DNA of 39,757 bases from a virus (Duplodnaviria; Caudoviricetes). Numbering within the stretch: position 1 is the stretch's first letter; each line of letters begins with the position of its first letter. The stretch spans positions 1 through 39,757 of IMG/VR virus record IMGVR_UViG_3300009161_003303. The stretch is one strand, 5' to 3'. The notes below the pieces were generated by a model. That model worked only from the letters and a program-made list of their open reading frames with translations. It did not search any database and was not told the origin of the DNA. The translations under genes and the position numbers were made by a program. Below are positions 28,352-37,576 of this stretch, piece after piece.

Positions 28352-30685
28352 CTAGTGGCCATCACGAAAATTTTTGGCAATCTCCGGCGGTGCTTTAAGA
28401 GTTACTCCTGGTAATTTGGTAGTCGTTTCCATAATATGTTTAATGACCTCTGCTGCTTCGTGAACAAGATCCTCTCTTACTTTAATGATTAACTGATCAT
28501 GGATCTGAGCTATTACCCGGCCTTCCCATCCTCTTCTCTTTAATTCTCTATTAATTGCAAGAGCTGCTCTATTAACTACTGATGCTGCTAATGATTGGAT
28601 CTGAAAGTTTAAACAGTTGTTTAAGGCATTTTTATAATCACCGTAGAGTCTTTTTACTTCCTCTCCTCCTACCTGCTTGGTGAGATCGTTTCTAAACTTC
28701 CAGTCCATAATCCTTTCTCCGAAAGCATCATAAACAGCCTTCCCTCTTTGCAGATGCCTGATTCGACCTACTTCGTTTTTAATATAACCATTCTTTTTAA
28801 ATAACGCTCTTGAATTATCAATCCATTGAGCAACTCCAGGAAACCCTTGCATATAACCGGCGTGAAGTCTCTTACCTTCATCCTGAGGTACTCCTAAGGA
28901 CATTGCTAAGGCGTAAGGAGACATTCCATAAGCTACTCCTAATGAATAACCTTTTGCTTGGTTTCGTTTAGGTGCATCAAGCTTCTTAAGGAAGTTAGGA
29001 GCTCTTTTATCTGCCGATACTCCGTCAGGGTATTTGTCTCTCTGCTCGTCAAGCCTTTCGGTTCGAATAGCAACCGTAGAATAAAAATCATGCCCTTGAT
29101 TGAAGATCTCCTGCATGGCTTCGTCGTTTGAAATAGAAGCAAAGATGTGAGGTTCTAAAGATTCAAAGTCATTATCAACTAATAAGTAACCAGGGTCGGT
29201 AGTAAAGAATGCTCTGATTTCGTTATTGTATTTAACGATAATCGGATCTGCTTCACCATCCTCCTTTGGTTTAGGTAGCTGCTGAAGATCTGATCCGTAA
29301 CGTCCGGACACCGTTCCGTTCTGTTTGAAGTAAGGAAAGAAGCGTCCATCTTCAGCTGATTCGTAAAAGCGATCAACATAAGTTGATTTAATCTTCAGAA
29401 GCTTATTATAGATACGGAGGTTCTTACACCATTCGTATTTATCAGATAAGGCCTGAATCATATCATCGTCGAATTGTGATTGCCCTTTTGCAGTCTTAGA
29501 TAGAGGCTTTTCTTTTAAATAATTAAAAGCAATCTCACCTAGCTGCTTCTTAGACTGAATGTTGATAAACTCACCGTCATTAAACTCCTTCCAAAGTTTC
29601 ATAGAGACTCTAACTACTACTTCTTCTTTTAGATGAGTTAAGTCTCCGGATAATAAATACTCTCTTACTGGATGTTCGTCAAGCATTAAAACGTTTGCCT
29701 GCTTTAATGAATAGCCTCTAGCCGTTTTAGGAATAGGTAATCCGTAAAGATCGACTAAAGTAGAAGCCCATTTGCCTTTATGTGAAGGTGGAAATTCTTT
29801 CAACGCCACATCAATAATCCACTCTTTAACTTTCTGAAGCTTCATTAGTTCTTCTAATACTGCCTGGCGGTACTTGTCTTGATCGGCAATGATAGCCTCT
29901 CTAGTTGTTTCTATTAAAGGTATATCAAGGGCTATCCCTTCGATCTCCATCGGTACAGTAACTTCTCTATATAAAGGCATTACCTCGTCGTTAAAGAAGA
30001 ATTCTTCTAATCCTTCTTCTTTTAGAACCTGTAGGAAATAATTGCAGATCCTTAAAGTTAAATCCGTATCTGCTGCTGCATACTCGGATAATAAATTAAT
30101 ATCTGCTTTATAAATCTCAAAATTATCTTTAGTAACTGCTCCTCCATTCTCTTTAATGGATGCTTTCAAGTTTAACTGCTCTTGGTTGGCTGCTTCTTCA
30201 ATATTTAATCCAATCTTATCCTGAATCATAATAGCGATTGACTTCAATCCAAAAGGATTACCATACCCAAATGCTCCTTCTTCTTTTACTGTGTGAACTA
30301 ATAATGCAGTATCAACCCATAATGAAGGTAATAAATCAACCTTATAGAAGTTATCTGTATAACGGCAGTCAAAAGATGCATTGTGCATTACTAGCTGCTT
30401 ACCAACAAGCATTGAGATTAACTTCCTTGCTATTTTATGACAGCTGATGCCTTCAATCTGACATTCCTCTAAAGATTCTGTTTCATTATTCCAGGCCATA
30501 GTAGGCATATAGAAACCCATTCCCTCTTCTCCTGAGACTGAAAAGCCGATGATCTTGCCCTTCCTTGGATTCAAAGAAGTAGTCTCAGTATCATAAGCTA
30601 GTATTTCTTTCTCGTTGATGTGTTGAATAAGCAAGTCAACAAGCTCCTTACTATCAACTTTGTAGTACTTTTTTTCGATAACCAT
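28352..30685 (-). CDS. polA: Family A DNA polymerase with 3'-5' exonuclease domain
   Basis: Exo motifs DTETT, HNASFD and YAAAD; polymerase motifs TVSGR, DFESLE (A), R..AK...LG..YG (B) and QIHD (C). Confidence 0.95.
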   Translation of the reverse strand: MVIEKKYYKVDSKELVDLLIQHINEKEILAYDTETTSLNPRKGKIIGFSVSGEEGMGFYMPTMAWNNETESLEECQIEGISCHKIARKLISMLVGKQLVMHNASFDCRYTDNFYKVDLLPSLWVDTALLVHTVKEEGAFGYGNPFGLKSIAIMIQDKIGLNIEEAANQEQLNLKASIKENGGAVTKDNFEIYKADINLLSEYAAADTDLTLRICNYFLQVLKEEGLEEFFFNDEVMPLYREVTVPMEIEGIALDIPLIETTREAIIADQDKYRQAVLEELMKLQKVKEWIIDVALKEFPPSHKGKWASTLVDLYGLPIPKTARGYSLKQANVLMLDEHPVREYLLSGDLTHLKEEVVVRVSMKLWKEFNDGEFINIQSKKQLGEIAFNYLKEKPLSKTAKGQSQFDDDMIQALSDKYEWCKNLRIYNKLLKIKSTYVDRFYESAEDGRFFPYFKQNGTVSGRYGSDLQQLPKPKEDGEADPIIVKYNNEIRAFFTTDPGYLLVDNDFESLEPHIFASISNDEAMQEIFNQGHDFYSTVAIRTERLDEQRDKYPDGVSADKRAPNFLKKLDAPKRNQAKGYSLGVAYGMSPYALAMSLGVPQDEGKRLHAGYMQGFPGVAQWIDNSRALFKKNGYIKNEVGRIRHLQRGKAVYDAFGERIMDWKFRNDLTKQVGGEEVKRLYGDYKNALNNCLNFQIQSLAASVVNRAALAINRELKRRGWEGRVIAQIHDQLIIKVREDLVHEAAEVIKHIMETTTKLPGVTLKAPPEIAKNFRDGH

Positions 30686-30687
30686 TA

Positions 30688-30720
30688 CCTAAAGATACGA
30701 AAAAAACCCCTGCAAGGCAA
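30688..30720 (-). promoter_or_regulatory. Class-1 promoter of the DNA polymerase gene
   Basis: TTGC-N17-CGTATCTTTAGG, 2 nt before the ATG. Confidence 0.75.
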
Positions 30721-30726
30721 GGGCTC
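30700..30726 (-). terminator. Intrinsic terminator after ORF 30758-31294
   Basis: GAGCCCTTGC-CTT-GCAGGGGT stem-loop running into a T7 tract. Confidence 0.7.
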
Positions 30727-30757
30727 TTCTATTTATTTTGGATAATTTTAATTTAAA

Positions 30758-31294
30758 TTATTTTTTATTGTATGACTCAACAATGCTGTCAACTCTACTA
30801 ATCACTTCATCTAAAGATTCTTCATCATCATCCCCGCCTATCAAAGCATCGATGTATTGTTGGATGCCCATATTGTACCCTGAGTCATCAATCCAGTCAT
30901 TTAAGTGAGATAAAATGTAAGCCTCTGCATGTCTTTCATGTGTAGTGCCTTTTAAAGCGTAAGAAATTATTTCAACTACTTGTCCTAGCATGTCTTTTGC
31001 TTCTTCTAAAGAAGCTATTCTGCTTCTAACATCATCAGAAACTGCTTCCTCTAATGGGTTTTCAGAGTCTAAAGCGTATTTATTTGCTTCTTCTTCTTCG
31101 TATCCAGAAACCATCTTCTCTTCTTCAGGAGTCATTGCGCCTATTTTTAAGTCATAAGCTTGGTTTCTTAATGCATCTCTTTCAGCATAGCCTCTTCCGG
31201 TATCATCTGCTTTTTTCATTAGATCCAGATACTCCGGGTCATTAAACTCTGACATAGATTGCTTTATAAGTTCTTTCAATTGAGCCTTTTTCAT
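30758..31294 (-). CDS. Acidic hypothetical protein, candidate virion-internal protein
   Basis: Own class-2 motif and terminator; N-terminal MKKAQLKELIK and several L/I-x-E sites. Confidence 0.7.
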   Translation of the reverse strand: MKKAQLKELIKQSMSEFNDPEYLDLMKKADDTGRGYAERDALRNQAYDLKIGAMTPEEEKMVSGYEEEEANKYALDSENPLEEAVSDDVRSRIASLEEAKDMLGQVVEIISYALKGTTHERHAEAYILSHLNDWIDDSGYNMGIQQYIDALIGGDDDEESLDEVISRVDSIVESYNKK

Positions 31295-31298
31295 ATAT

Positions 31299-31306
31299 TA
31301 TAAATA
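31299..31306 (-). promoter_or_regulatory. Class-2 (putative late) promoter TATTTATA
   Basis: Lies 4 nt before the ATG. Confidence 0.6.
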
Positions 31307-31310
31307 GGCT

Positions 31311-31814
31311 TTATTTCTGCTCCCATGAATGAGTACCACCTTGGAATTGACCGTCGTAAAGTTCTGCGTCTTCTTTTGTTTCGTGAACAATCATTTGAGC
31401 CACTCTTGCATTCTTTTCAACTATAAGCTTCACATTCACAATCATAACTGTACCCATCTTCTCGGTCTGAAAGCCTGGATCCCATACCGGAGACACAATT
31501 GATGTTCCTGTTCTATAAAGACTGCTCCTATGAATGATAAATGCTGCTGCATTAGCAGGGATCTTACATCCTTCGTTAAAAGTAATTGCATAAGTGCCTG
31601 GTTCAAGTACCCAGCATTCTTTATGATCTACTTGAGTGGTTTCTACTTCCTCAAAGAACTCAGGATTAATATAAGTTCTGTCTTTAAAAACTACACTACC
31701 TCCTAGACATTTATGAACTGATTCTAATGATAAATCAATACCAACTTGTGCTGGTTTTGAGTATTCTGATGGGATTACAATCCCTTGGTCTAATATTTGT
31801 TTTGCTGTTAACAT
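31311..31814 (-). CDS. Trimeric dUTPase / dCTP deaminase family protein
   Basis: GIDLSL, RSSLYR, WDPGF, RVAQM and YDGQFQG motifs. No Glu is evident at the deaminase catalytic position, which favours dUTPase. Confidence 0.85.
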   Translation of the reverse strand: MLTAKQILDQGIVIPSEYSKPAQVGIDLSLESVHKCLGGSVVFKDRTYINPEFFEEVETTQVDHKECWVLEPGTYAITFNEGCKIPANAAAFIIHRSSLYRTGTSIVSPVWDPGFQTEKMGTVMIVNVKLIVEKNARVAQMIVHETKEDAELYDGQFQGGTHSWEQK

Positions 31815-31818
31815 AATT

Positions 31819-31848
31819 TAATATACGAAATTTTATTTATATTTGCAA
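31819..31848 (-). promoter_or_regulatory. Class-1 promoter
   Basis: TTGC-N17-CGTATATTA; the TTGC lies in the 3' end of the endonuclease gene. Confidence 0.7.
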
Positions 31849-32525
31849 TTTTCAAAATGCCATCGTTGCATATTTGAAGCCCCTTTACCTGCTTTATTGC
31901 AATACGGACAAGTGTATTCTGGTTTTGTATGCTTAATACCTGTTAAAGTTTCACATCGGTCAAAATGAAACTGCTTAAAGCTCATATACCCTCCTGATTT
32001 CTTACAGTGTGGGCAGGTTACTTGCTTTGTATTTAAGTCTTTTAGAACTGTGCCTCCCTTCCATTCTCTTTGTTCAACAGCCTGTTTGTGCCTAGCTCGT
32101 ATTTCTGGGTCGTGCATCGGGTTATTTTGCTTTAAAAGCTCAGATTTTTTTCTTCTGCTTTCGTCTGTTATCCCCGGTCGTAGTTTCATATTAGCTTGTA
32201 TTTGTTCTCTATTCGGATTGTTAGTGAATGTATCCCCTCCTGTACCGCCTTTTGTCATATTGTAACCAATCTTCGGATCTAAAGTGTTGTAAAATTCTAT
32301 CCAATACTGCTCCCGGTCATTTAGTATTTGTTGATTTAGTGCTTCTTCTATCAACTCCATTAGAAAACTTTGAGTTCCGTATTTACGTATTGCATTGCTT
32401 AATTTTGTATTCTTATTCCTGTTTACAAAAACTAAATGCTGCTTCCACCTTTGCTCTAAAGTCCGGGTTGTTTGTCCGATGTAAAGCTTGCCGGTTATTA
32501 AATTTGTTATTTTATAGACTATCAT
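31833..32525 (-). CDS. Free-standing GIY-YIG homing endonuclease with C-terminal Zn-finger repeats
   Basis: IVYKITN...YIGQT...RWKQH and GYNMTKGG; two CPxC...HFxxC repeats. Confidence 0.9.
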   Translation of the reverse strand: MIVYKITNLITGKLYIGQTTRTLEQRWKQHLVFVNRNKNTKLSNAIRKYGTQSFLMELIEEALNQQILNDREQYWIEFYNTLDPKIGYNMTKGGTGGDTFTNNPNREQIQANMKLRPGITDESRRKKSELLKQNNPMHDPEIRARHKQAVEQREWKGGTVLKDLNTKQVTCPHCKKSGGYMSFKQFHFDRCETLTGIKHTKPEYTCPYCNKAGKGASNMQRWHFENCKYK

Positions 32526-32529
32526 CTAT

Positions 32530-32537
32530 TATAAATA
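32530..32537 (-). promoter_or_regulatory. Class-2 (putative late) promoter TATTTATA
   Basis: Same context as at 1971 (ACTATTTATAATAGATG). Confidence 0.6.
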
Positions 32538-32560
32538 GTTGTCTAAGCCATAACCAGCGC

Positions 32561-33076
32561 TTAATCGTCTATAAATTCTCCTGTAATGTAAGGCTGGTTT
32601 CTTTTAAAGCCACCCTTTCCATCAAGCCCGTACCCGACTAGGAAAGCCTCTCCTTGTAACTCAAAACCAAACATCAGATCCTCCATATAAGAATAACTTC
32701 TCTTAAATAAAGTAACCGGAGTGATTGACTTTGGGTTTCTAGTTTGAAGATGGGTTACTAACGTTCTCATAGTGTTACCTGTATCGAATATATCGTCCAC
32801 AATATAAACATCCTTCCCGGTAATATCAACGTTTATATCCTTTAAAATATCAACTCGGTCTTGAACTTGCCCTAGATAAGATTTAGCTTGGATGAAATCA
32901 ATCTCGCAATCAACCTTCATATTACGTACTAAGTCTGTGAAGAACATAAATGCTCCGTTCAATACTCCGATCATAACCCTTGACTGGTTCTCAGGGTTGT
33001 TCTTGTAGCTCACCTCAATAGCAAGGCTCTCTACTCTCTTCTTAATTTCTTTTTCTGTAAATAAGACTGTATTCAT
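32561..33076 (-). CDS. hpt: Hypoxanthine/guanine phosphoribosyltransferase
   Basis: GVLNGAFMFFTDL, IVDDIFDTGNT (PRPP motif) and FLVGYGLD. Confidence 0.9.
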   Translation of the reverse strand: MNTVLFTEKEIKKRVESLAIEVSYKNNPENQSRVMIGVLNGAFMFFTDLVRNMKVDCEIDFIQAKSYLGQVQDRVDILKDINVDITGKDVYIVDDIFDTGNTMRTLVTHLQTRNPKSITPVTLFKRSYSYMEDLMFGFELQGEAFLVGYGLDGKGGFKRNQPYITGEFIDD

Positions 33077-33486
33077 TTTATTTTTCTTCTCAAAAGATAC
33101 GAAAAAAATATTTCAAAAGCAAATGTAAAAGTGCAATAAAGTAAAATAAAGTCAATAAAAGGGTGAATAATAACTGAGTAGTTAACCATTGCAGCTATCA
33201 AACAACCAAGCATCAATGCTTTAAATAAATGCCAGGCATCAGTCGTCCATACTAAAACGGTAGATCTGTAAGCAAATCTTTCCCTGTATGAGGGGAAGAT
33301 CCCAAAGTAATACCACTTCTTTTCAGAAGGCTTTAGAGGGTAGCACCATTTAAATACCCAAGACTTTTGAGGATCCCAGAAAGATGGATTGCGTTTGTAA
33401 AAGATGCTCTGCTTGAAAGCAACAAAAAGAATCTCGTAGGTGGCGTTAAACATGCCTGCTAGTGCGATTAGTATTAATGTTATCAT
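33073..33486 (-). CDS. Hypothetical membrane protein
   Basis: Several hydrophobic helices; TDAWHLFK. Confidence 0.7.
   Translation of the reverse strand: MITLILIALAGMFNATYEILFVAFKQSIFYKRNPSFWDPQKSWVFKWCYPLKPSEKKWYYFGIFPSYRERFAYRSTVLVWTTDAWHLFKALMLGCLIAAMVNYSVIIHPFIDFILLYCTFTFAFEIFFSYLLRRKIK
33092..33122 (-). promoter_or_regulatory. Class-1 promoter for hpt, embedded in the upstream CDS
   Basis: TTGC-N17-CGTATCTTTT. Confidence 0.6.
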
Positions 33487-33491
33487 AGTTT

Positions 33492-33716
33492 TTATTTCAA
33501 TAAGTCTGTAACTTTCTGTTCAAGTTCCTGAAGCGTTATACTAGCAGCATTATCAGGATTATAACATTCAAATTCTACTCTCTCGGTTTTATTGTCTGCA
33601 AGACCTACTACATAGTATTCACTCATAGTCCTGCGAAGTCCTTCTAGTATTTCAAGGTATTTTTTTCTATCCTTAGCACTATCTGGGAATCTAATTATGA
33701 AGATTGGTTTACTCAT
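33492..33716 (-). CDS. Hypothetical protein
   Basis: 74 aa, ATGA-coupled. Confidence 0.65.
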   Translation of the reverse strand: MSKPIFIIRFPDSAKDRKKYLEILEGLRRTMSEYYVVGLADNKTERVEFECYNPDNAASITLQELEQKVTDLLK

Positions 33717-34114
33717 AATTTTTCCGGTGGTATATTGAAAGTTTGTTTTACTTGCTGGGAGATTGATATGGGCTGTCCTTCGTTATCAACTCTAACAAAA
33801 GTCATTTTAGTAGCTAATATTATAACTTCATCTGCTCTGAAGACATTATAAGCTCTTGCTTCTATTCTAAAGGTAGCAGAAGTATTTCCTATCTTAGATA
33901 ATTCGGCATAAATTTTAACTAAGTTATTTTCTTTAGCCGGCTTTTTAAATACGCATTCATCAATTGCCATTGTGATCATATTCTGTGTTCGGCATTTCTC
34001 CATGGCATAAGCTGCCACGGCAGAGTCTATCCATGCCAGGAGTACTCCTCCAAATAGATTGCCGTGAAAACCTAAGTCGGATTTTTTAACGGGGTGGGTC
34101 GATAGTAAGTCCAT
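33713..34114 (-). CDS. Hotdog-fold acyl-CoA thioesterase (YciA-like)
   Basis: DL..HGNLFGG.LL.WID, GNTS and TFVRVD.EGQP motifs. Confidence 0.88.
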   Translation of the reverse strand: MDLLSTHPVKKSDLGFHGNLFGGVLLAWIDSAVAAYAMEKCRTQNMITMAIDECVFKKPAKENNLVKIYAELSKIGNTSATFRIEARAYNVFRADEVIILATKMTFVRVDNEGQPISISQQVKQTFNIPPEKL

Positions 34115-34289
34115 AGTAAAACTTTGTCCAGTTGTATCTTATATTCTTAATAAAGAAATCTTTATAACATTTAATTGCTTCTTCATGAGCCAATTCAATA
34201 TTGGTTGATTTTATAATAACTATTTTTTCTCTACCTGTTGTTTTATTTACTATCATAACCTTATACTCATGTATAGGTTCTATTTCCAC
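34086..34289 (-). CDS. Hypothetical protein (GTG start)
   Basis: 67 aa ORF; TATTTATC variant motif just upstream. Confidence 0.45.
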   Translation of the reverse strand: MEIEPIHEYKVMIVNKTTGREKIVIIKSTNIELAHEEAIKCYKDFFIKNIRYNWTKFYYGLTIDPPR

Positions 34290-34349
34290 ATAGATAAATA
34301 TTCATTACCCTGGTCTTTTTACTCCTATAAGTTTAATTAAACTGCACGT

Positions 34350-34616
34350 TTAGTACCGTAACTTAGAAGGTGGTGGGTTGAAAGTAAATCCATTGATTTT
34401 TTTTAAGTAATCTCTAATTTCAGCAGCATTCTCGTAATCCTCTACTTCAGGTAAGATTGCATACTCCATCATATCGTGGAGTAATGCTTTAAAGTCCCCT
34501 TTGTGTTTTGAATCTAAATGATTCTGTAACCAGGTTTTTTGCTCGAATGGAATATTTGAATTGAAAATTTCCGGATGCATTTTATCCTTGTATAGAAGTC
34601 GAGTGCTATAGTCCAT
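34350..34616 (-). CDS. Hypothetical protein with UVR-like motif
   Basis: EDYENAAEIRD; TAATG-coupled to queE. Confidence 0.65.
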   Translation of the reverse strand: MDYSTRLLYKDKMHPEIFNSNIPFEQKTWLQNHLDSKHKGDFKALLHDMMEYAILPEVEDYENAAEIRDYLKKINGFTFNPPPSKLRY

Positions 34617-35407
34617 TATACTGCGCGGCGGATATCGTAAGAAATTATGTGATCACGGCCAGTCCAATTGTAACCCATCTCAAATGCTTTTTCTAAACTA
34701 ATTGGATATTGCTTAATTAATTCTTCTCTGTTATCACCGGCAGGCATTAACCAAGTTTTATTTTTAGGAATGTTGTGCCTTACTCTGAATTCCTCAATCT
34801 CAACAATTGTTTCTTCTGTACCATCATAGACTGGTTTATAATGGTAATCTGCATGGTATGCAAGGGTCTGCTCAATTGCCTGATGATTTAGACGTAGTTT
34901 GTTATGCTGATCAATCATCTTCTGATCAACGAGTTTACCCATTGGTGTAGTGACGTCAATTTTAGGTACAGAGTTACTAAACTTAGGGCTAAGAGATACC
35001 AACCCAAATGGGTAATCTGTCTCAATAAAATGGCTGCCTTCTGTTTCAATAGTTATAAATATACCTCTTTCGTTAGCAAAGTGAGTTAATTCGTTACAGA
35101 GATCAGGCTGCATTGTTGGACTTCCTCCTGTTAACATCATTTCAGTAATGCTAGGATTCTCATCGTAGATCTTAATAATGTCGTTGAACGTGATATGCCC
35201 TTTCTCAGGGTGTATACTGCTGTACCAACTATCACACCATCCACCTTCACCAAACCAACATCTGTGAGTACATCCGGTTGTTCTGATAGCAACGGTAGGT
35301 CTTCCCTGCCTTGAACCTTCAGACTGGATGCAAGTATAAAGTTCGATGATGGGTAATTTTTTGTTGTAATCTAAAATACGTCCCGGTTTTTTCTTTTCTG
35401 TTGTCAT
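34616..35407 (-). CDS. queE: 7-carboxy-7-deazaguanine synthase (radical SAM)
   Basis: IQSEG...G.P....R..GC, LTGGSP, TIETEG and SLSPK motifs; directly after queD. Confidence 0.92.
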   Translation of the reverse strand: MTTEKKKPGRILDYNKKLPIIELYTCIQSEGSRQGRPTVAIRTTGCTHRCWFGEGGWCDSWYSSIHPEKGHITFNDIIKIYDENPSITEMMLTGGSPTMQPDLCNELTHFANERGIFITIETEGSHFIETDYPFGLVSLSPKFSNSVPKIDVTTPMGKLVDQKMIDQHNKLRLNHQAIEQTLAYHADYHYKPVYDGTEETIVEIEEFRVRHNIPKNKTWLMPAGDNREELIKQYPISLEKAFEMGYNWTGRDHIISYDIRRAV

Positions 35408-35409
35408 AA

Positions 35410-35874
35410 TTATCCTTCGTATATTGCTGAGTTCTTTCCATTCTCCATAAATTCAACTCTGGCTATTTTTACTCTGCCTTCAGTCTCTTGATTAACAAAC
35501 TCCTGAAGCTTATTATAAACATACTCTGCAAACTTCTCTGCTCCTACTGCCGGTAAGATTCTAACCTGAGCTGCTCCTGCTTGACCCATTAACTTAAATG
35601 ATTCAATAAACGGATCATCTTCGGCAATAATCATAGTATGATCGAACATATGATCCATCCAGGCTTTAGGATTCATTCCATCGATAGTTCCTTTAGCTCT
35701 TTTCATTCCACCAAAGTCCCATACCCAGTTTCTTTGATCTAAATCTCCTTCAAACCATACTCTAAAAGATACTCCGTACCCGTGAATGTATTTGCAGTGA
35801 GTTCCATCTGCTCTCCATTGACGAAATACACAACTGAATCCGTCAAATACTTTTGTTGATTGATACTTTCCCAT
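35410..35874 (-). CDS. queD: 6-carboxytetrahydropterin synthase
   Basis: HCKYIHGY, WVWDFG, FDH and the E..KNSA C-terminus. Confidence 0.9.
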   Translation of the reverse strand: MGKYQSTKVFDGFSCVFRQWRADGTHCKYIHGYGVSFRVWFEGDLDQRNWVWDFGGMKRAKGTIDGMNPKAWMDHMFDHTMIIAEDDPFIESFKLMGQAGAAQVRILPAVGAEKFAEYVYNKLQEFVNQETEGRVKIARVEFMENGKNSAIYEG

Positions 35875-35876
35875 AG

Positions 35877-35908
35877 CTAAATATACGAATTTTATTTATT
35901 AAAAGCAA
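35877..35908 (-). promoter_or_regulatory. Class-1 promoter of queD-queE
   Basis: TTGC-N17-CGTATATTTAG, 2 nt before the ATG. Confidence 0.75.
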
Positions 35909-35911
35909 CTC

Positions 35912-36160
35912 TTATGCTCTGTTATAAGATTCTAAAATTAAGTTCGGTGGTTGAACGCCAACAAACTTCTGAGCCACTTGACCATCCTTTAAGATTAGGA
36001 TTGTAGGAACGTTTCTAATTCCGTAAGTTGCTGCCAGGTCTGATTGCTCATCCACATTTATTTTCTCTACCGGAACCGTCTGTCCGATCTGTTCCATTAT
36101 CGGTGCAAATTGCTTGCAAGGAGAGCACCACGCAGCCGAAAAGTATAATATTTTTTTCAT
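35912..36160 (-). CDS. trxA: Thioredoxin
   Basis: WCSPCK and VPT motifs. Confidence 0.92.
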   Translation of the reverse strand: MKKILYFSAAWCSPCKQFAPIMEQIGQTVPVEKINVDEQSDLAATYGIRNVPTILILKDGQVAQKFVGVQPPNLILESYNRA

Positions 36161-36162
36161 TT

Positions 36163-36642
36163 TTATTTTATGTTTTTTTGTAATCCAAAACCTGTAGGTG
36201 ATATTCCTAAAGTATAATTATCTGCCTGTATGTTGACTTTAGCATATTGTAACCAGACTTTATCTTTTTGCCCTTCTTTCCCCGGTTTGTCAAACCCTTC
36301 AATATGTAACTGATCAGGTTGATGTTCTTTTATGAACTGATTTACAGCATGAACAACAGTGGAGATTATTTTAAAGAAGTGCTTTGTGTCTGTTTTAAAA
36401 GCCTGTGAACTGAAACCGTTTATTACAAACTCCACTTCAAAGCTGTTAGAGCCTTGTTTAAACCTGTGGAACCTAACATCAATAGTATTTCCTTTATTAT
36501 CTTTAAAGATTGTTATGAACATATGCCCGCGATCTTCAAAGTCAAAAGCCTCCTGGTAAGGAGGTACAAGTTGTCCGATTTCTAGAAGTTTCTGTTCTGA
36601 TTCGTTCAGGTTTTGTTTGTAATTTAAGTAGGATTGTGCCAT
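36163..36642 (-). CDS. Hypothetical protein
   Basis: 159 aa ORF in operon. Confidence 0.7.
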   Translation of the reverse strand: MAQSYLNYKQNLNESEQKLLEIGQLVPPYQEAFDFEDRGHMFITIFKDNKGNTIDVRFHRFKQGSNSFEVEFVINGFSSQAFKTDTKHFFKIISTVVHAVNQFIKEHQPDQLHIEGFDKPGKEGQKDKVWLQYAKVNIQADNYTLGISPTGFGLQKNIK

Positions 36643-36647
36643 TTTCT

Positions 36648-36890
36648 TTATACTAATTCCTCTATAATACCTACTAGTTCAGATATAATTAAAATAAAGA
36701 CTCCAAGGCTTATGCTGTAGAGCAGAGCTCCGTAGCCAGTTAACCTGATAGCTGACTTTAAGAAGCTGATTGTTTGATGTAATTTTGGATCTGGTTGGTT
36801 TATAGATCCTGCTGTTAAGTTTTTAATTTTTTTTATCATGTTTAGTTCTACTTTAATTACTTTTTCAGGGTCAATTTTTATTTGTCTCAT
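36648..36890 (-). CDS. Small hypothetical membrane protein
   Basis: Hydrophobic C-terminus ending GIIEELV; ATGA-coupled. Confidence 0.65.
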   Translation of the reverse strand: MRQIKIDPEKVIKVELNMIKKIKNLTAGSINQPDPKLHQTISFLKSAIRLTGYGALLYSISLGVFILIISELVGIIEELV

Positions 36891-37576
36891 ATTTTTCTTA
36901 CTGTGTAATTTTTCAAAGGTCCTCTGCTAAAAGGTTTTTTTCTGTTAGCTGCTACTCTAACTCCATTAGAAGTTACTTCGTACTGTTCTGCTAATTTTTC
37001 AGCTCCGACTGTTTGAGCTACTACTACTCCAGCAGGATCAATAAGTTGAAAAATATTGTAATAACCATGTTGTAGTTTAGCTAAAGTTATTTTATCATGC
37101 TGTGCTTTTTTTTCTTCTCTTGTACGTGCATTTAAAGTTGCTTTTATATTTGCTTTCAAAGTTTCTATATTCTTATGCAACGTTTCTTTCTGCCTACTCC
37201 TCCAAACTTTAACCTCCTCCGGATTATCTTTAAGATAAGCTTTATAGCTACTGCTTCTTCTTTTACTAATTTCTTCTTTTCGTTCTGGAGAAAAATACTT
37301 AGTTACGTGGCCGCCTTCACCGCCTGGTGCTAAGTTGTAACAATTTAAATTTTGTTTATGTATGTTAACGATGCGTCGCTCCCAGTAATTTAATTCTTGC
37401 TCGGTTAAGCAATATAGAAGCATTTCTTTTTTAAAGTTTTCTTTTCCGTATTTTTTAATTGCTTGCTTCAATAATTTACCTGAGCCGAGATACTCATCGT
37501 CAAAACATCCTTTGTGCTTACCAATATAGTATTTGCTGTTTTGTAAATTTGTGGTTTTATAAATGTAGTAGTACAT
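36887..37576 (-). CDS. Free-standing GIY-YIG (Seg-like) homing endonuclease
   Basis: YIYKTTN...YYIGKH, YLGSG...AIKKYGKENF and YNLAPGGEGG motifs. Confidence 0.9.
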   Translation of the reverse strand: MYYYIYKTTNLQNSKYYIGKHKGCFDDEYLGSGKLLKQAIKKYGKENFKKEMLLYCLTEQELNYWERRIVNIHKQNLNCYNLAPGGEGGHVTKYFSPERKEEISKRRSSSYKAYLKDNPEEVKVWRSRQKETLHKNIETLKANIKATLNARTREEKKAQHDKITLAKLQHGYYNIFQLIDPAGVVVAQTVGAEKLAEQYEVTSNGVRVAANRKKPFSRGPLKNYTVRKI

